64,000 nt of DNA. Source: Nemertoderma westbladi (taxonomy: Eukaryota; Animalia; Xenacoelomorpha). The stretch spans positions 22,948 to 86,947 of the forward strand of contig JAUCBJ010000517.1 in NCBI GenBank assembly GCA_032718475.1, given 5' to 3'. Below are positions 61,501 through 64,000 of the stretch, piece by piece (positions within the stretch are counted from its first letter, which is position 1; each line of letters opens with the position of its first letter). Below the pieces are notes generated by a model. The model did not search any database and was not told the origin of the DNA. It saw only the letters and a list, made by a program, of their open reading frames with translations. A program made the translations under genes and the position numbers.

Positions 61501-63980
61501 AAAAAATAGCCAACATCATCATGGGTTGTGGCAGGCTCGATAATACCATCAGATATTAAGTTGGTGAATTTCTCAGTTGTTAACTCTAAATCCAATGGCT
61601 TCAGTTTCAGGTAAGAACTATACTGCATACGGGAAACTACAGAATAGTTGGAAGATGGGCGACGTGATCCCTTAAATGGAAGTCGTACTTGGTAGCGGTT
61701 GGGTTCAGTGACAGATTTAGATGGAGGTGGGAAGGCAGTATCATCTGCACCAATAGGGTTATCCGTAATACCAATAGATTCCAAAGCCCAGAGACGAGTA
61801 ACCTCGTCAGGTTCAGTAATCAGCATACTGGGGCTAGGGTCACAATAACTAGTGGCAGAATGAGAATAAGGTCCGCATAAAACAAACCCAAAGAAGGTAT
61901 CAACAGGTTGTGGTAACCCTAGGTGAGACAATGTCCCCTTGGTTACTAAATGGAGTTGATCTGCTCCAATTATTAAAGATATGTGGCGTTGACCTCCATC
62001 AAAATTATCAGCCCAAGGACTAAGATGCTGGAGATTAGGTGGTAATACAGGACAACTTTCTTGCCTCATCACAGGGCATAAAGATTGGGTTGTCCAGGCT
62101 GATAAGATTATAGGGTTCGGTGAAAAGAAGCTTCGCAAAGAGAAAGAAACCAGGCTAGAATCATGGAAAGTTAAATTACCTCCAAAGGACCCGATAGTAA
62201 ATTGCTGTTGGTCAATACAAGGTAAAGAAAGTGCTTCAGACAGAGAAGCCGTGATATAGGAACGCTTGGATCCGTCATCAAGATATACATGAATCCAACA
62301 GCCACTATCAGAGTTTGGCAGAGCGATAAATGCTCTTGCAATCTTAACAAAAACAGATGAGGACTTCAAATCTATTGCATGAACAGATGGTGATATGTCC
62401 TTAGAATATGGTGGTTGCCATGGCAATGTCTCATGGGTTCGAGATGGTGGTGGGTAAACAGCTGGCGGAGCTACAGAAAGGCTGGGATCAGAAGCATGCT
62501 TGGAACTATTATTGCTACTGTTACTAAAACACAATAAAGAGTGATGCCTTTTCATACAATAACGACATGTTTCATCAGATGGACAGGCTGATGATAGGTG
62601 AGGTCCCAAACAATTAGTACAAAGGCGGGATGATTTTAAAAGGTTCAACCGATGCTGTGGAGACTTACTTAGAAAAGACTGACACTGGCGAATACTGTGG
62701 GGTTTCCCTTTGCACGCAGGACACACATTTCTCTTTGGCTCCTCTCTGTTTGTACTACGTTTAGAATCCTCACCAATAGTAAGGGCAGCAGTAGATGGGG
62801 GGTATAATTGACGTGGTGGATATGATTGACGTTTAAAGTCAGAATGGTTTTGTGGTTTAGAGGAATTTGAACTTTTTATTAGTTCCCTTACTGACTTGGA
62901 AGTGAAATCTAAAGATTCACGAGTTTCAAGTTCTGAATTAGCAAACTCTAATAACTTATCAAGGTTAAGACGGTCATCTGGATGGAGGCGATTCCATTCC
63001 ATAACTACATCATGCGGTAATTTCTGGAGCAACAAGGGTGCCAGAAGTAATGATGTTAAGTCATTGGTAATTGTTGTAGAGGTACAGGGAATAGTCCCAG
63101 AATTAGGACCAAGTTCATTAGATAGGCTTTTAATTTGGCGGAGAGATGACTGAAAGGAATTCAACATTTTCCGGAACATAACAACATCACCAGAAACAAC
63201 ATTTGGTTGGTTGACAAGTTTAGAGGAATAAAGACCAATCAGGAAATTTGGGTTTCCATACCGGCGCTTCAAAAGATTAACAGCTACAATATAGTTATCA
63301 GCAGTTGCTTCTAACCCCTCTAAGGCATCTTTTGCGTCAGCTTTTAATGACTGCCTTAGATACACAAACTTACGGGCTGGAGGTATATTTCGTTGGTCTA
63401 TGGATGTGGAGAATTGGTCCCAAAAAGGGCGCCACTGTAAAAATTCTCCATAAAATTTGGGAATTTCGACTTTAGGAAGACCCTTATCGTCATCTTGTTT
63501 ACAATCTGTAGCAGAAATGGAACTGCTACTACTATTAATTGCAGTAGTGGACTCTAAGCGGTTAAGTAAACGATTACTCTTAAATAAAATTTCGTCAATT
63601 TCATGGTCATACTTTTCATTAGCATTATCTACAATACCATGAAGTGCAAGATCTTCAGCTAATTTACACAAAACAAGGCGGTGATTTTCCAATTGATGTA
63701 TTTTGTAGGCTAAATCATCTACATCTATTGTGTTAACTGGTTCTGATTTAATAGTAAGCAATTCACTAATTAAATTGTTAGATTTAAGGCGGGCTTGTTT
63801 GCGCGACCTTTTAAGGCTATCTATATCGCCAGAAGTTGCAGGTTGTCTATCAGGTAAGGTAAGGTCATTCAATGCAGCAATAGTGTCATCAGTATCTGAT
63901 CCTCTGTCGCTGTTGGACATCTTGCTGATTAAGGTTGAAATGCAGGAATGACATAAAAATCGGACAGAGGTTTGGTACAA
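58506..63980 (-). CDS. BEL/Pao gag-pol polyprotein (intact frame)
   Basis: LPKVEIPKFYGEFLQWRPFWDQF gag, three Cys/His knuckles, protease YLDDGS, RT (ADIKAAFHQI, PFGVNSSP, FCDD), RNase H LHLFCDAS, IPRLEL, integrase GVDYLG/SDNA/WGGYWERLV. Confidence 0.95.
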   Translation of the reverse strand: MYQTSVRFLCHSCISTLISKMSNSDRGSDTDDTIAALNDLTLPDRQPATSGDIDSLKRSRKQARLKSNNLISELLTIKSEPVNTIDVDDLAYKIHQLENHRLVLCKLAEDLALHGIVDNANEKYDHEIDEILFKSNRLLNRLESTTAINSSSSSISATDCKQDDDKGLPKVEIPKFYGEFLQWRPFWDQFSTSIDQRNIPPARKFVYLRQSLKADAKDALEGLEATADNYIVAVNLLKRRYGNPNFLIGLYSSKLVNQPNVVSGDVVMFRKMLNSFQSSLRQIKSLSNELGPNSGTIPCTSTTITNDLTSLLLAPLLLQKLPHDVVMEWNRLHPDDRLNLDKLLEFANSELETRESLDFTSKSVRELIKSSNSSKPQNHSDFKRQSYPPRQLYPPSTAALTIGEDSKRSTNREEPKRNVCPACKGKPHSIRQCQSFLSKSPQHRLNLLKSSRLCTNCLGPHLSSACPSDETCRYCMKRHHSLLCFSNSSNNSSKHASDPSLSVAPPAVYPPPSRTHETLPWQPPYSKDISPSVHAIDLKSSSVFVKIARAFIALPNSDSGCWIHVYLDDGSKRSYITASLSEALSLPCIDQQQFTIGSFGGNLTFHDSSLVSFSLRSFFSPNPIILSAWTTQSLCPVMRQESCPVLPPNLQHLSPWADNFDGGQRHISLIIGADQLHLVTKGTLSHLGLPQPVDTFFGFVLCGPYSHSATSYCDPSPSMLITEPDEVTRLWALESIGITDNPIGADDTAFPPPSKSVTEPNRYQVRLPFKGSRRPSSNYSVVSRMQYSSYLKLKPLDLELTTEKFTNLISDGIIEPATTHDDVGYFLPYHGIYKPFPKFRIVFNGSSRDRGGISLNDCLDPGPNLLASMVDILMRFRLRPYPIIADIKAAFHQIELHPSDRQWVKLIWNGTSWQFIRTPFGVNSSPYHLHYVVIFHILTYADPAIVQQLLKAFFCDDLVSSADTENEASYFLSYASELLALASMELKPETSPSKVLGMPWDVSSDTLYVDVGVISSPPAFTRRHLLRSSAKIFDPLGLLCAWTIIPRLLLQKSWSEGGHWDDVVSQGIQETWKSWLSDVHQPIIHFPRCIYLNSQCDLHLFCDASEDAYACLAYVIHPEHPPCLFFGKSRVAPLKPRHSIPRLELLAACIGARLAHHISIEIFSPHRLVIWTDSMAVLWWIRKGINKRDIFVSNRLKEISEMSRPEHIQDQWRYVPSEDNPADLPSRGRSLAILQSSDLYKFGPGFLHDESAWPKFPSPPPQLLAISEPDIIADYPIPITRFSSLDTLVRVTAFMYRFVHNCRFPADRIVGCLTARERTTSLNNLIISEQHSFFQDEIQTLSNKPDAIIAKSSSLWRFHPRLHDGILMLVPRTRSDKLLPLLPTKSHLTYLIVMNVHSILYHQGYDATLSQIRLRFWIPRGRSLVRKIIFSCPQCHRYRTVPYNSQESALPSFRTTAVTPFQYTGVDYLGHLYLKNGAKVWILLFTCACIRALHLELVPDCGTKSSHLAFRRFLARRVPPLTAIQFRSDNAKTFIKLSSMKFPSHVVSWYHIPARSPEWGGYWERLVKTVKNCLRMTCHQVHLTQNQLETVITEIESVVNSRPLTSVSLDPEDDDPLTPSSFLYGMPPPTDNDLDPSAITVTHLRNSLLQRDQANRIFWKHWSQRYIASLQPWRTTGSSGPLPTVGALVLVKQDSPRNRWPLARIHRLYQSADGSCRSVEIRLNKRITTRATNKLYPLECDSPYPNRGGLKNPDITPIHPTTTTPKQSRVLCPPDPKLLDVDDPTPHNHPPTDPITPPRTAISTSHTRSGRNVKQPKYYGFCNT

Positions 63981-64000
63981 GTATGGTAAACAGATGATGG

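Larger units (their letters stand above)
58211..64000 (-). mobile_element. BEL/Pao LTR retrotransposon (runs off the right edge)
   Basis: Single gag-pol ORF, PPT and LTR start. Confidence 0.95.

Overview
AT-rich animal (probably bilaterian invertebrate) genomic DNA; nothing here is prokaryotic and there is no CRISPR array. Four complete single-exon genes that are usually multi-exon in animals are present: TPP2 (-), a CWC25-like splicing factor (-), a JMJD7-like JmjC/cupin gene (+) and the golgin CASP (CUX1 family, -). Two spliced genes that the ORF track misses or fragments were assembled by hand: a Kazal-domain protein (+, exons 3073-3255 and 6657-6917) and an EGFR-family receptor (-, four phase-compatible exons from 50864 to 29053, 250 aa of signal peptide, L domain and Cys-rich domain). 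The EGFR-like introns hold the nested antisense JmjC gene and four minisatellites. The most striking observation is that the two ~5 kb arrays start at RNA-processing signals. One is a ~135-fold amplification of the exon-2 splice donor. The other is a ~140-fold amplification of the JmjC last codons, stop codon and AATAAA, and it also reads AATGTAAGT (a donor/U1 site) on the EGFR strand. The rest is densely nested transposons: IS3EU-like, P/THAP, hAT, MULE, piggyBac, CMC and Tc1-type MITEs, Helentron-like elements, CR1 and RTE LINE fragments, and an intact-ORF BEL/Pao LTR element at the right end. All calls are from reading the sequence; no searches were run and copy numbers are length/unit estimates.
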